A model generated the notes under the pieces. The model was not told the origin of the DNA and did not search any database. It worked only from the letters and a program-made list of their open reading frames with translations. The translations under genes and the position numbers were made by a program. DNA of 64,000 nucleotides from a virus (lineage: Duplodnaviria; Caudoviricetes): IMG/VR virus record IMGVR_UViG_3300008259_002957; one strand, 5' to 3'. Numbering within the stretch: position 1 is the stretch's first letter; each line of letters begins with the position of its first letter. Shown one piece after another: positions 26,301-37,209 of this stretch.

Positions 26301-29300
26301 AAGTTTATGAATACGAATCAACCAACGGGTTGCATATTCCTCCTACGCCAACAAAAATAGGATTGTATCCTAAGTATCATCCTGTTATCATTGAAGATAA
26401 TACTTATGCAACTCCAAGACGAATGATACAGGGTCACGATGGCAGTCTTACTCTAGCATTTGATGATTATAGAGACGAACTTATTCTTGAACTTGAATAT
26501 AGAATCTTTAATAATATTAAAACACAGTACAATACTGATTTAGTAGATATCAACGACTTTGTTCCTAGTATTAGTAGATCAACAGGATTTTCTATCACAG
26601 ATATAAATCGTGCAATGACAGCAGATTTTTCTCAATGGCTTGACATCGCTGGAAATCCAAACTTTGCAGAACACAACTTTTGGAACAACGAGAATTCGTT
26701 TACTTTTAACTATTCTAGAACCACAGACAAAGACAGCAACCCGTTAACTGGTTACTGGAGAAGTATCTACAAGTTCTATTATGACACAGATAGACCGCAC
26801 ACCAATCCGTGGGAAATGATTGGTTTTACAATTAAACCAACTTGGTGGGAATCAGTGTACGGCGCTGCACCGTACACCAAGGACAATCTTGTTCTCTGGA
26901 GAGACCTGTCACAGGGTATTGTTAGAGAGCCCGGTAAAGCAGTTATTAGAAATAAAAAATACCAAAGACTGGATCTATTAACTTATATTCCAGTAGACGA
27001 GTACGGTCGTTTACTAAGCCCATTAGAAAGCAACATTGCAAAGAACTTTATTCTAACAGAATCAAAGAACGTCTTTACATTTGGAGATCAAGCACCAGTT
27101 GAAACAGCATGGAGACGTAGCAGCGAATATCCGTTTAGTTTATTAACTGCATGGATACTGCTACAACCATCAAAGATAATTGGACTTGGTTACGATTATA
27201 GCAGAACAGAACGTGACCTTGCAGGTAACATTATCTACAAAGATACACAAAAGAGAATTGCACTTTCTGATTTAGTATTTCCTGCTATATCGTTAAACGA
27301 CACGTTAAATCTAACATCTGGACTAGTTAATTATGTTAGTAACTATATGGCAAGTAGAGTTGCTATTAGATACACAGACTATAAAGAACAATTAACCAAT
27401 CTAACAAATCAACTGGCAATTAAACTAGGCGGATTCACAGACAAGTCAAAACTAAAACTAGTTCTAGACAGTAGAAGTCCGCTTAACAAAAGCAGCGTAT
27501 TTGTGCCGGACGAAAACTATCAGGTTATACTTAATACCAGCAGTCCTTTAGAAACTGCGGTACTAAGTGGTATTATTATTGAAAAAACTGAATCAGGATA
27601 TGTAATTTCTGGATACGACAAAGAAGATCCGGTCTTTAATTATTATACTCCAAAAGACAGAACTGTAGATCCGTCTATAACAGTTGGTGGAATTAGTGAA
27701 AAGTTTGTTGAATGGGATTCTGGAAAAGATTATGTTTCTGGATTAGTAGTTCTTTACAACGCTTTTTATTACAGAACTAAAATTACACACACCAGCACTG
27801 ATGAGTTTGATTCAACAAAGTTTGTTAAACTTGCCGAGTTGCCAATTGTTGGCGGATTAACTGCTATACTAAGACGAGACTTTGAAACAGAAGTATCGCA
27901 ACTTGTATACGGTTCGTTGTTGGAATCTGTGCAAGATGTAGTTGACTTTATGCTTGGATACGAAAAGTATCTAACCGACAGTGGTTTTAAATTTGAATTT
28001 TATAATACTGAAACTGAAGCAGTAGAAGATATGAAACTTTGTGTTAAAGAATTTATGTTCTGGGTAACACAAAATTGGGACAATAGTACAGTGCTTGTAG
28101 TAAGTCCTGTTGCTAACAAAGTAGTATTTGAAAAGCAGTATTTTGTAGTAGATGATATATATGATTCATTCTACGAATATAGTATCTTAGCAGGCGACGG
28201 ATCTAAAATAAGTAAAGATTTCTCAAACATTTTTAGAGACAACTCAAATACCTTTGGTGTTAAGCCTATTAACATTGACGACGGAATTTATCTAGTTAAG
28301 TTACCACTTGTTCAAAAAGAACATGTTATTTTAATTGACAATGAAACTGTGTTTAATGACGTTATCTACGATAAGATTCCTGGTTATAGACAAGAGCGTA
28401 TCAAGGTTGTTGGTTACAGAACCGATAACTGGAACGGCGGATTAAACATTCCTGGATTTATCTACGACAACGCCAAAGTAAAAAATTGGTCAACTTACAC
28501 TGACTATGCAATCGGCGATGTAGTTAAGTACAAAGAATTCTTCTACAGTTCAAACATCAAACACACTAGCGACGAATTTTTCAATGCCAATCGTTGGAAC
28601 AGACTAGATGAACGTCCTGAACCTCGTATGCTTCCAAACTGGGATTACAAAGCAGCACAGATTTCTGATTTCTACGATCTTGAAACAGACAACTTTGATA
28701 CTGAACAGGAACGACTTGCACAACACTTAATTGGTTACCAGAAGAGAGAATATCTTGCAAACATTATCACAGATAGTGTAAGCCAGTACAAGTTTTATCA
28801 AGGATTTATTCAAGACAAGGGTACTAAAAATTCATTAACAAAACTGTTCGATGCATTGAGCAGTGCAAACACCGATAGTCTTGAATTCTACGAAGAGTGG
28901 GCAATTCGTCTAGGACAGTACGGTGCAATTGATAACCTTGTGGAAGTTGAATATCTATTAGACGAAAGCAAGTATAGACTTGAGCCACAGATTATTGAGT
29001 TGGTTAATAATATTTCTCCAACTAGAACAGACTTGGTTTACGAAATTGCTCCATTCCAGGCATATCAGAAGCCTGAAGATTATACTCATAAACCCTTTAC
29101 TATTTTAAATGATATCAAAACATATACAACCGACAACGGCTATGTTAGAGACCAAGAAATCTCGGAGATTGTCAACGACTATGACGGCATTCTTCAACTA
29201 GATATTGAACAGTATCAAGCAGGTGATTTCTTCTGGATTACAAATTACGATCAAGATTGGACAGTATTACGTATGGCAAGAACACCATACAACATTGTTG

Positions 29301-32300
29301 GTTTCCAAAACGAGATTCCTTTTGGTTTTAATCGTGACGACAACGGAGTTGTTGTTGAAGGCATAACTTTAACCATCGATCCAACACCAGACTTTATCGA
29401 AGGTGAAATCATTGGCATCAGTACAGCAGATACTGATCTAAAAGGTTTTTATAAACTACACAAACGAGTAGCCGATAAGATTTACTTGTTAACTGATAAA
29501 ACTTTTGCATCAGATTACGAATCTCCAGACAGTACAGAAGTTGCAATTGCAAGATTTGTTGAAAGAAGATTTGCAGATGCAAACTCAGTTAATCAAAGTA
29601 TTGAACAGTTAAGAAATGACATCAGTGACAAAATCTGGATTGACAACAAAGGTGACGGTAACTGGGGTGTATATACAAATAAAAACATATTTGCAGTACA
29701 AGATGAGATACTAAACCCAACCGAAGAAGGCGACGGGTTCTCTCATAGTTTTGATGCAAACGCATCAAATACTGTAATTGCAATATCAAGTTCATCTCCT
29801 AGACTAGACAGAGATGGCATTTTAAGAATCTATACTAGAAACATTGAATCCTTTACTACAAGTTTTTATCAAGCAGTAGAACCAACTGACGTTTATACTG
29901 GCGTTGGTGGATACGGATTCAGTGTTAGTGTAAGCCCCGATGGAAAATATATTGCAGTTGGTGCACCTTATGCAAGTAATGTTCAAACTAGATTTAGAGG
30001 AGACATTACTGTTGGCGAGAACTATGATCAGGGTGACATTGTAAGAAATAGAGGAACTCTTTGGAAAGCAAAAGTTGACGTGTTGGACTGGAATGCAGAC
30101 AGCACAATTACCGATGACAATCAAGATTGGGAATCTGCATATTTTATTGAAGCAACAACTAGCGTACTTGCTACTGCGTCGACTTATACTTCACAGGGTG
30201 TAGTGTACTTGTACGAAAGAGATACTTCTGGTACATACAACTTGTCTCACACAATTTGTAGTCCTAACCCTTCTACAAACGAAAGATTTGGCTACCGAGT
30301 TATTCTAAAGAATACACTTGATGGCAATGCCAAATTGTTTGTAGGTGCTCCTGGTGAAGAAAATGTAAGCAAAGGAAGAATTTATTTTATTGATAATTTA
30401 TCCGGAGAATGGACATACACAGTTGATAGAAACTACAAAGGATTGTATGAAACTACAGTAAATTATTATAGAAATAACATTGTATTCTATAACGGAACAT
30501 TAAGAACAATAATTTCTGATCTTATAGCACCGACTACTGAAGTTGATTTATTAGAAAGATCTGTGACTGTAAGCGACAACAATGTAGAATATACAGGATT
30601 TATTCCACGCTCAGACATCATCGATGGGGATCAAGACAGTGACTTTAATGATGCTGGTCTTGGCATAAAAAACATTGGTGAAAAGTTTGATGTTAACGCT
30701 CACGGTGATGTTTTGGTATTAGCAGCAAAAGGACAGTATGGTGTAATTGCCGAAGACTTAACTGCGATAACAGAGCGTGTTTCGATATACAGAAAGCCAC
30801 TTGATAGATGGCAATTTGCCCAATCCATTGATACAGAAGATAGCAAAGAAGATTTTGCTCATGTAATTTCAATCAACGACGCTGGTACAAAAATTGCTAT
30901 AGGTGCACCAACAAACGATGTCAACGGCATTGACAAAGGTTGCGTTTATGTCTATGCACAATCAACAGTTAATAATATTTCAACATTCCAAATTCAACAA
31001 ACACTGTCTAGTCCGTTTGATGAAAAGAATGAAGCATTTGGAAATGGTGTTGACTTTAATTCAAACAAGTTAGCAATCTCTAGCAAGAATAGTGATAGAA
31101 GAATTATAACTACTTTTGACACTTATTCTGAAATTTTACCTCCTACAGTTGTTGGGGTCGATGAACTTGGAAACAACATTGTTTCAAGATATGTATTAGA
31201 TTCTAATTCAACAGAGTTGACAAACAAAACTACATTTGATTCTGGAACAACTACTTTTATGACACTGGAAAAAGACGTAGGAAGAATAGGCGTATTCCAA
31301 GAAATTGGCGACTACTATATCTACGGCGAAGATCTACAGTATAACAGAAATACAAAATATAATAACATCAGTAACTTTAAGTTAAATGACAATCACATTT
31401 ATATTGGTTTACCAAAATTAAATCCGTCTACTACACTTGACAATGACTTGGTAGGAAATTATAATCTAACAGAAGATTCGTCATTGGGTGTATTTGCAGA
31501 TCTAAGAGCGCCTAAAAATACAAACAGTTGGGAACTACTAACAGCACAGTCTGAAAAAACTGATCTATCAAAAATACAACGTGTATTCTTGTACTCAGCA
31601 GACTTAAATGATATACTAACCAGCGTTGATCTAATTGATCCACGTCAGGGTAAAATTGCTGGCCCAGCAGAACAAGAAATTACATGGAAAACATTTTACG
31701 ATCCAGCAATCTATTCGAACAACGAAGAAAACAATCCGTCGGTTGTAGTTGACAGTTCGAGTAACTGGGCTGAAGAAAATGTAGGAAAATTATGGTGGGA
31801 TCTAAGTACCGCAAGTTGGTACAATTCTTATCAAGGTGATAGTCAATATAGAATTAGCACTTGGAACAAATTAATTCCTGGTGCAAGTATCGATGTTTAC
31901 GAATGGGTAGGTACAAAATATACACCTAGCGAATGGAACAGCAGAGCAGATTCCAATCGAGGATTTGCCGAAGGCATCAGTGGAACCACCAAGTACGACA
32001 ACACAGTTTATAGTACTAAAAAAATATACGATCCAGTTGCTGGCAGTTTTAGAACAAAGTATTACTATTGGGTTAAGAGCAAGCGTATTGTTCCGACAAA
32101 TATCCTAAGAAGCATTTCTGCATTTGATGTTGAACAGTTGATTGCAGACCCAGCAGGGCAGGGTTATAGATTTGCCGCAATCATCGGCGAGGACAGTTTT
32201 GCACTTTATAATCTAAAGAACTTTGTTGAAGGTACAAATACTGTACTTCACTTTACATTCTTAAAAGATGCAGAATTACAAACCAACATTCACAGCGAAT

Positions 32301-35300
32301 ACCAACTTCTCACCGAAGGTCTTGGTACAAGTAAGATTAATTCAGAAATTGAACAAAAGTGGTTCGACAGTTTAATTGGTTACGATATAAACAATAAAAC
32401 AGTACCGGATCCATTGCTTTCAGCAAAACAAAAGTATGGCATTTTTAATAGACCAAGACAGAGCATGTTTATAAACAGACTTGAAGCAGTCAAGCAGTTT
32501 GTTGAAAGAGTCAACAGTGTATTAATTCAGTATCAAATTGTTGATAACTTTGATATATCAAACTTGTTAGCAGTTGACGAAAAGCCAAGTATCAATACTG
32601 GAAAGTACGACATTGTTGTAGACACAGTATTGGAACTTGATTCTGTTGGCGTGGCCAAAGTTCAACAAGCAGTTTTAACACCGATTATAGTAAATGGAAA
32701 AATCACAGGCGCTACTATCGTTGATCCAGGCCGAGGCTATCGTGTAGCACCTAACATTGAGATTGATGATAACAGCGGTACAGGAGCAATTCTCAAAGCA
32801 ACAATCAACAATCTAGGTCAAATTACCAGTGTATTTGTAAGATCAAGTGGCAATAACTACACCGGTAGTACTAGACTTACAGTTCGTAAATTCAGTGCTT
32901 TAGTAAACGTAGACAGTGAAATTGGCGGACGTTGGGCAATTTATGTTTGGGATAAGTTAACCAAGACTTGGAGCAGATCTGACAACCAAGCATTTGACAC
33001 CACAAGATATTGGGATTATGTTGACTGGTATGCAGATGGATATAATTCTTTAACAGCAGTTGACCACGTTGTTGATCAAAGTTATGAACTGTTTGGAACA
33101 GAAGCAGACATTGGTGAAATTGTAAAAATTAACACTATCGGAACAGGCGGCTGGCTACTACTTGAAAAAATAGATAATATTCCGACTGAAGACTACACTG
33201 TTAACTATAAAACCATTGGTAGACAAAACGGAACAATACAATTAAGTACAAGATTGTATGATTATGCTACAAAGACAAGTGGATACGATGCTAACGTATT
33301 TGACATTACGTTCTATGACAGAGAACCTGTATTTGAGTTAAGAAATATATTAACAGCACTACGTGATGACATCTTTATAGGCGAACTTGAAACAGAATAC
33401 AATAGATTATTCTTTGCAGGACTACGTTATGCATTTGCAGAACAACCAAACATTGATTGGGCATTTAAAACTAGTTTTGTAAGAGCAAAGCATAACCTCG
33501 GCAGTCTAGCACAAAAAGTTACATTCCAAAATGACAATCTTGAAAACTATGAAGATTACGTCAACGAAGTTAAACCATATCATACTAAAGTAAGAGAGTA
33601 TATTAGTTCTTACGATCGTATGGAACCTACACGTTCATTGACCACTGACTTTGATTTGCCTCCTAGTTATAACGATGTAACAAAAGAGATCGAAACAAGT
33701 TATGCTAAGTTACGCAACGGCGAAGTTGTAGATTTACTTCCAAAGTATGTCGACTATCCATTTAAGAGTTGGTTAGACAACAATGGCTACGATATTGTAA
33801 GAATTGAAGTAACTGAACCTGGCAGTGGCTACAAAGAAACACCTGTGGTTGAAATTATAAACAGCAACGGTACAACAGCCAAAGCATACCTAAGCAAAGG
33901 GTCAGTGTCAACAATTGAAATTACAAATACTGGAGACAAGTATTACGTATCTCCAGAAATTGTAATCAATGGATCGCTTGAGGAAAACGGTACACCTGCT
34001 AAAGCAGTTGCTATTTTAGGAAATAGCAAAGTTCGTTCTACACATATGGTAATTAAGTTTGACAGAGTTACTGGCTCGTATCTGTACACCGATTTATCAG
34101 AAATTGAAACATTTACTGGAACAGGTGCAAAAGAAAAGTTTGTGCTAAAATGGCCGATGGACCTAAGAACCAACAAGTATTCAGTTTACGTAAACGGAAT
34201 ATTACAACTAAGCAGTAAGTATACTGTTGGCAATGACAAAGACACTACAAAGACCTATAATAGATTAATAGGTTATGTAGAATTTGTTGATGCTCCTGCA
34301 ATAGGTGCAACTGTTGAAATTAGATACGAAAAGTCTGTAGCAATGTTAACTGCCGCAGACAGAATCAATTTCTTTTATAACCCAACAACCGGTATGGCAG
34401 GTAAAGATCTAGCACAGTTGATGGACGGTATTGAATACAGTGGTGTTAAAATTGACACCTACGGATTTGGTACTGAACAGGGCTTTGATTCTGCAGGATT
34501 TGCTTCTTTGCCATGGGATACATTTGACAATCAATACGAAGACGAGATTTTTGTATTAGACGGAAGCACAAATACGTTTGAACTTTCTCAACCACTTGAG
34601 AATGATGTTGAGTATAATCTATATCTAAACGGTGTAAGACTTGACGATCCAAACTTTGAAACAAGCGGTGTTGTTACAAATCCCAATGCAGTAATGCAAA
34701 CTATTGTAGGCGATGGTATTACAACCACAGTAATAATAAACGAAGAAGCGATTACTACAATAGCCAATGATGTGATTATTATTAGAAAAGTTACCAGCGA
34801 TGGTAGTTATCAACCATCTGACAATAGTTTTGACACATCGTTGATCGGCGGTAACTTTGCTGGAACAACAGCAACTGGTATTGCAGCAGAAGATATTGTA
34901 ATCGACGGTGACGGCTTTGTTACTGCTACAACCAGTAAAGGTCCTGAAGAATTAGTACCTGGACAAATGTATGACACACTAGACATTCGTGTTTATCATA
35001 GAACTTCTGACGGTACTGGAATTATAGGTGTGGCAAGTTATAATATTGATGGATCAACATATACATTTGACTTGCCGTCGATACCGCAGTCCGAGGATGC
35101 TGTTATTGTTAAGATAGACAATCAATTCTTAATGCCAACACAGTATGTTATAGATTATGCAAATCATACTTTAACTTTTGAAGACAGTACTCAGTTAGTA
35201 GGGTCAGCACTGTCGATTATGACCATCGGCACAAATGGTGCTAACTTATTAGATACTGATTATTTTGTATCTGATGGATCAACCACACAGTTGCTTACCG

Positions 35301-37189
35301 GCATTACTTGGACTGATGAACTATCGTCCTTTGTAACCATTAATGGCAAAGTCATGATTTTAGGTTCTGATTATAGTTTAGTAAAATCAACCACTGCTGA
35401 TGGCGCTGCAAATAGAATAAAGATTGTATTTGATTCATCAGTTTTAACCGAAGGTGCATTTGTACAATACAGTTTATATAATAGCACAGTAAAGTCCTAC
35501 AGTCAAGTTTCTATAGACAAAACATTTGCTTCGGACGGAGTTGAAAATTATCACGTATTAGAATCTGAGCCATTTAACTATGATCCGATATCTCATAATA
35601 TTGTTGTAAAAATCAACAATAGAATTTTACAGCCCGGATACAGTATCTCCTATACTACTACAAGCAATAGAGTATATGATATAGAAGCATGGCAATTTGA
35701 TGACACAACTGCAATTGATAGTGCAGATGTATTGGTCTTTGCGGATCGTGTTCAACTAACAGAAGAACAATTCACATACGATCCAGTAAACGGAAGAATT
35801 GTCCTTCTAAGAAATGATATTGCAACAGCAGGAAGTAGACTTGATATCTACATTGTTAAAAATGCTGCTTATTATTTCTTGGATACAAATATTGTATTCT
35901 CAAGCAACGTTTCGACGCTGATTAGTGTGGGTGATACAGTTGAATTGACATCGGTGTTTACTGGAGATACGTATACAGCAGTAGCAATTGCTGTTCAAGC
36001 AACTGAAGTTACATTTGCATCAAAGCAGCCGGAAATCAAAGATGCTTATATAGTAGATAACGAGTTTGTAGTTTCAGTAGGAAGCAGTAGTATTACAACA
36101 CAAATTGAAACAGTTGAATATGTACTAAGTAAAAATCTAACATTTGTAATTCCGCCTAGTTCTGGAGAAACAGTTGAAATATATCAATTCAGCAATCACG
36201 ATATAAACAATTTTGAAAGAATTACATATACCGTTGTGCCAGATGCAGTTATACCAATTGACTCTCCTGACTATATAAAGCGTAATTTGATAAGCAGTGG
36301 TTATATACCTTTAAGAGGAAATATTTCTAGTGCAAATTATGCTTGGGTAGCAGTAAACGAAGTATTGTTAACTCCTAACGTTGATTATGCTCTAGTAGAA
36401 TCTAAAAATGCAATACAACTGGTTAATAGCCTTTCAGCAAACGATGTAGTTGATGTAATACAATTTGGTAACACACCAATTACACAAAGATTTGGTTATA
36501 GAATTTTCAAAGATATGCTAAACAGAACACACTACAAGAGACTTAATCAAAAAAACAGTTATGTTCTTGCATCGCCGTTAAATTGGTATGATGTTAGAAT
36601 ATTACTAGATGACGTTACAGGAATGTTTGTTCCAAACAGAGCACAAAATATTCCAGGTGTTGTCTTTGTTGAAGGCGAAAGAATTGAATACTTTGAAATC
36701 AACGGAAATGCTCTTCTACAGTTACGTAGAGGTACACTAGGAACTGGTGTAAAAGACATTTATGCAACAGGGACAATAGCACAAGGTCAAGGACCCAACG
36801 AGACAGTTAACTATAATGACAACTTCTTGATTCAAACTATCAGAACCAACGACAGCACAACAACAACTGAATATTCTCTAAACTTTGTTCCACAAAGTGT
36901 AAATGAAATTGAGGTGTTTGTTGCTGGTAGAAGACTAAGAAAAACAACGTTGTCTGTGTATAATGCAGCATTAAACTTAGACAGTAACGAAGCAGATGTA
37001 GTATTGCCGGCAGAATACACTGTTAACAACGGTAATCTTATACTTGCAATTGCTCCTCCTAATGATGTTGATATTAGAATAGTTAGAAAACTAGGAAGAA
37101 CTTGGGTTGATTCTGGGGAGTCTTTGACAACGTCTGAGAACAGCATCGCAAGATTCTTGCGTGAAGCAACAATACAGTTACCTAAATAA
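23321..37189 (+). CDS. Giant virion structural protein (4622 aa), gp7-like baseplate wedge position, with FG-GAP-like propeller, chitin-binding-type W/Y repeats and VxxNG repeats
   Basis: LPKYFRTDTNRKFL N-terminus, VKPYHTKVREY, and repeats such as YGFSVSVSPDGKYIAVGAP; follows gp6. Confidence 0.7.
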   Translation: MAYDKEQEDFPLPAGNNNSITSATFLPKYFRTDTNRKFLGSTVDQMIQPGVVEKINSFVGRRYSVAATTNDSYLPDFTVDRENYQFEPVSLYKDELGNVEFYKDYNDYIGQIKNFKGSASNHSILNSQEFYSWDPHIDWDKFTNFREYYWLPIGPVPVDVVGQTREVVSTYSVSLIEDADNFAYVFSTDEFPSAPVLRNPTVKLYKGQTYRFEINTLGHPFSIAILRTFLDNDPTVGTDFVNQSTLYKKGVVVYTRDVFGNLIETTDEYIETGVIEFTVPDDAPEALYYISKNDVNVSGIFSVNNIVENSFIDVEKEIVGKKTYKTSSGVELSNGMKLSFKGLVTPATYSEGYFYVEGVGNSIQLVAEQDLEVPAIFTTLFEIPFDGENFGFDQYPYEDATSFPGTKDYIVINRVSADRNPWARYNRWFHRSLIEASFAANNLPVVIDEDARAKRPIIEFEAGLKLFNHGTKAKKNVNLIDTYTTDVFSTVEGSLGYNVDQVDLVDGMRVIFAADTDILVNGKIYEVRFITHNGRRQISLVETEDSAPATDDAVLILDGIDYKGKMFWYNGTQWKQSQEKTSVNQAPTFDLFDKDENSFNDNLVYPANNFRGNKVFSYKVGTGTADSELGFSLTYRNITNVGDIVFEFNLLSESVEYQIEPSGAANIFTDVGYLKKYNSAGTDFVYVNGWKKAIANSKQAVVRQYNVSSQVNNFRVDVYNNSGSLTDLFVKVFINGTRKELNKDFTIQNINGFATVVLTVNATVDDIVLLKCYSAAPKNSKGFYEVPINFEKNPLNENITTFTLGEVNDHVESIIEEVAEYTGSFPGISNLRDLGNVTAYGQKFVQHSGPVNLSLYHMTDKNSNIIKSIRYARKEYAKFKRKFLYEAEKTGFHGPVKDHVDLILSTIKKDFISSRPFYFGDMIGFGAARKTIHTIEYNGPAYFALSQNFNLTSLSTKAVNVYLNSEQLLHERDYTFTDSFVYVTLDLQDGDLIEVYEYESTNGLHIPPTPTKIGLYPKYHPVIIEDNTYATPRRMIQGHDGSLTLAFDDYRDELILELEYRIFNNIKTQYNTDLVDINDFVPSISRSTGFSITDINRAMTADFSQWLDIAGNPNFAEHNFWNNENSFTFNYSRTTDKDSNPLTGYWRSIYKFYYDTDRPHTNPWEMIGFTIKPTWWESVYGAAPYTKDNLVLWRDLSQGIVREPGKAVIRNKKYQRLDLLTYIPVDEYGRLLSPLESNIAKNFILTESKNVFTFGDQAPVETAWRRSSEYPFSLLTAWILLQPSKIIGLGYDYSRTERDLAGNIIYKDTQKRIALSDLVFPAISLNDTLNLTSGLVNYVSNYMASRVAIRYTDYKEQLTNLTNQLAIKLGGFTDKSKLKLVLDSRSPLNKSSVFVPDENYQVILNTSSPLETAVLSGIIIEKTESGYVISGYDKEDPVFNYYTPKDRTVDPSITVGGISEKFVEWDSGKDYVSGLVVLYNAFYYRTKITHTSTDEFDSTKFVKLAELPIVGGLTAILRRDFETEVSQLVYGSLLESVQDVVDFMLGYEKYLTDSGFKFEFYNTETEAVEDMKLCVKEFMFWVTQNWDNSTVLVVSPVANKVVFEKQYFVVDDIYDSFYEYSILAGDGSKISKDFSNIFRDNSNTFGVKPINIDDGIYLVKLPLVQKEHVILIDNETVFNDVIYDKIPGYRQERIKVVGYRTDNWNGGLNIPGFIYDNAKVKNWSTYTDYAIGDVVKYKEFFYSSNIKHTSDEFFNANRWNRLDERPEPRMLPNWDYKAAQISDFYDLETDNFDTEQERLAQHLIGYQKREYLANIITDSVSQYKFYQGFIQDKGTKNSLTKLFDALSSANTDSLEFYEEWAIRLGQYGAIDNLVEVEYLLDESKYRLEPQIIELVNNISPTRTDLVYEIAPFQAYQKPEDYTHKPFTILNDIKTYTTDNGYVRDQEISEIVNDYDGILQLDIEQYQAGDFFWITNYDQDWTVLRMARTPYNIVGFQNEIPFGFNRDDNGVVVEGITLTIDPTPDFIEGEIIGISTADTDLKGFYKLHKRVADKIYLLTDKTFASDYESPDSTEVAIARFVERRFADANSVNQSIEQLRNDISDKIWIDNKGDGNWGVYTNKNIFAVQDEILNPTEEGDGFSHSFDANASNTVIAISSSSPRLDRDGILRIYTRNIESFTTSFYQAVEPTDVYTGVGGYGFSVSVSPDGKYIAVGAPYASNVQTRFRGDITVGENYDQGDIVRNRGTLWKAKVDVLDWNADSTITDDNQDWESAYFIEATTSVLATASTYTSQGVVYLYERDTSGTYNLSHTICSPNPSTNERFGYRVILKNTLDGNAKLFVGAPGEENVSKGRIYFIDNLSGEWTYTVDRNYKGLYETTVNYYRNNIVFYNGTLRTIISDLIAPTTEVDLLERSVTVSDNNVEYTGFIPRSDIIDGDQDSDFNDAGLGIKNIGEKFDVNAHGDVLVLAAKGQYGVIAEDLTAITERVSIYRKPLDRWQFAQSIDTEDSKEDFAHVISINDAGTKIAIGAPTNDVNGIDKGCVYVYAQSTVNNISTFQIQQTLSSPFDEKNEAFGNGVDFNSNKLAISSKNSDRRIITTFDTYSEILPPTVVGVDELGNNIVSRYVLDSNSTELTNKTTFDSGTTTFMTLEKDVGRIGVFQEIGDYYIYGEDLQYNRNTKYNNISNFKLNDNHIYIGLPKLNPSTTLDNDLVGNYNLTEDSSLGVFADLRAPKNTNSWELLTAQSEKTDLSKIQRVFLYSADLNDILTSVDLIDPRQGKIAGPAEQEITWKTFYDPAIYSNNEENNPSVVVDSSSNWAEENVGKLWWDLSTASWYNSYQGDSQYRISTWNKLIPGASIDVYEWVGTKYTPSEWNSRADSNRGFAEGISGTTKYDNTVYSTKKIYDPVAGSFRTKYYYWVKSKRIVPTNILRSISAFDVEQLIADPAGQGYRFAAIIGEDSFALYNLKNFVEGTNTVLHFTFLKDAELQTNIHSEYQLLTEGLGTSKINSEIEQKWFDSLIGYDINNKTVPDPLLSAKQKYGIFNRPRQSMFINRLEAVKQFVERVNSVLIQYQIVDNFDISNLLAVDEKPSINTGKYDIVVDTVLELDSVGVAKVQQAVLTPIIVNGKITGATIVDPGRGYRVAPNIEIDDNSGTGAILKATINNLGQITSVFVRSSGNNYTGSTRLTVRKFSALVNVDSEIGGRWAIYVWDKLTKTWSRSDNQAFDTTRYWDYVDWYADGYNSLTAVDHVVDQSYELFGTEADIGEIVKINTIGTGGWLLLEKIDNIPTEDYTVNYKTIGRQNGTIQLSTRLYDYATKTSGYDANVFDITFYDREPVFELRNILTALRDDIFIGELETEYNRLFFAGLRYAFAEQPNIDWAFKTSFVRAKHNLGSLAQKVTFQNDNLENYEDYVNEVKPYHTKVREYISSYDRMEPTRSLTTDFDLPPSYNDVTKEIETSYAKLRNGEVVDLLPKYVDYPFKSWLDNNGYDIVRIEVTEPGSGYKETPVVEIINSNGTTAKAYLSKGSVSTIEITNTGDKYYVSPEIVINGSLEENGTPAKAVAILGNSKVRSTHMVIKFDRVTGSYLYTDLSEIETFTGTGAKEKFVLKWPMDLRTNKYSVYVNGILQLSSKYTVGNDKDTTKTYNRLIGYVEFVDAPAIGATVEIRYEKSVAMLTAADRINFFYNPTTGMAGKDLAQLMDGIEYSGVKIDTYGFGTEQGFDSAGFASLPWDTFDNQYEDEIFVLDGSTNTFELSQPLENDVEYNLYLNGVRLDDPNFETSGVVTNPNAVMQTIVGDGITTTVIINEEAITTIANDVIIIRKVTSDGSYQPSDNSFDTSLIGGNFAGTTATGIAAEDIVIDGDGFVTATTSKGPEELVPGQMYDTLDIRVYHRTSDGTGIIGVASYNIDGSTYTFDLPSIPQSEDAVIVKIDNQFLMPTQYVIDYANHTLTFEDSTQLVGSALSIMTIGTNGANLLDTDYFVSDGSTTQLLTGITWTDELSSFVTINGKVMILGSDYSLVKSTTADGAANRIKIVFDSSVLTEGAFVQYSLYNSTVKSYSQVSIDKTFASDGVENYHVLESEPFNYDPISHNIVVKINNRILQPGYSISYTTTSNRVYDIEAWQFDDTTAIDSADVLVFADRVQLTEEQFTYDPVNGRIVLLRNDIATAGSRLDIYIVKNAAYYFLDTNIVFSSNVSTLISVGDTVELTSVFTGDTYTAVAIAVQATEVTFASKQPEIKDAYIVDNEFVVSVGSSSITTQIETVEYVLSKNLTFVIPPSSGETVEIYQFSNHDINNFERITYTVVPDAVIPIDSPDYIKRNLISSGYIPLRGNISSANYAWVAVNEVLLTPNVDYALVESKNAIQLVNSLSANDVVDVIQFGNTPITQRFGYRIFKDMLNRTHYKRLNQKNSYVLASPLNWYDVRILLDDVTGMFVPNRAQNIPGVVFVEGERIEYFEINGNALLQLRRGTLGTGVKDIYATGTIAQGQGPNETVNYNDNFLIQTIRTNDSTTTTEYSLNFVPQSVNEIEVFVAGRRLRKTTLSVYNAALNLDSNEADVVLPAEYTVNNGNLILAIAPPNDVDIRIVRKLGRTWVDSGESLTTSENSIARFLREATIQLPK

Positions 37190-37192
37190 ATA
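37183..37192 (+). promoter_or_regulatory. Tandem late promoter boxes TAAATAAATA
   Basis: Overlaps the stop of the giant gene; ATG at 37210. Confidence 0.55.
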
Positions 37193-37209
37193 CAGTATAG
37201 GTGGTAAGA

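Noticed and set aside
8864-37189. Inteins or introns in gp46, gp47, gp6 or the giant protein
   Set aside because: No C/S...HN splice motifs or LAGLIDADG blocks noticed, and conserved genes are uninterrupted.
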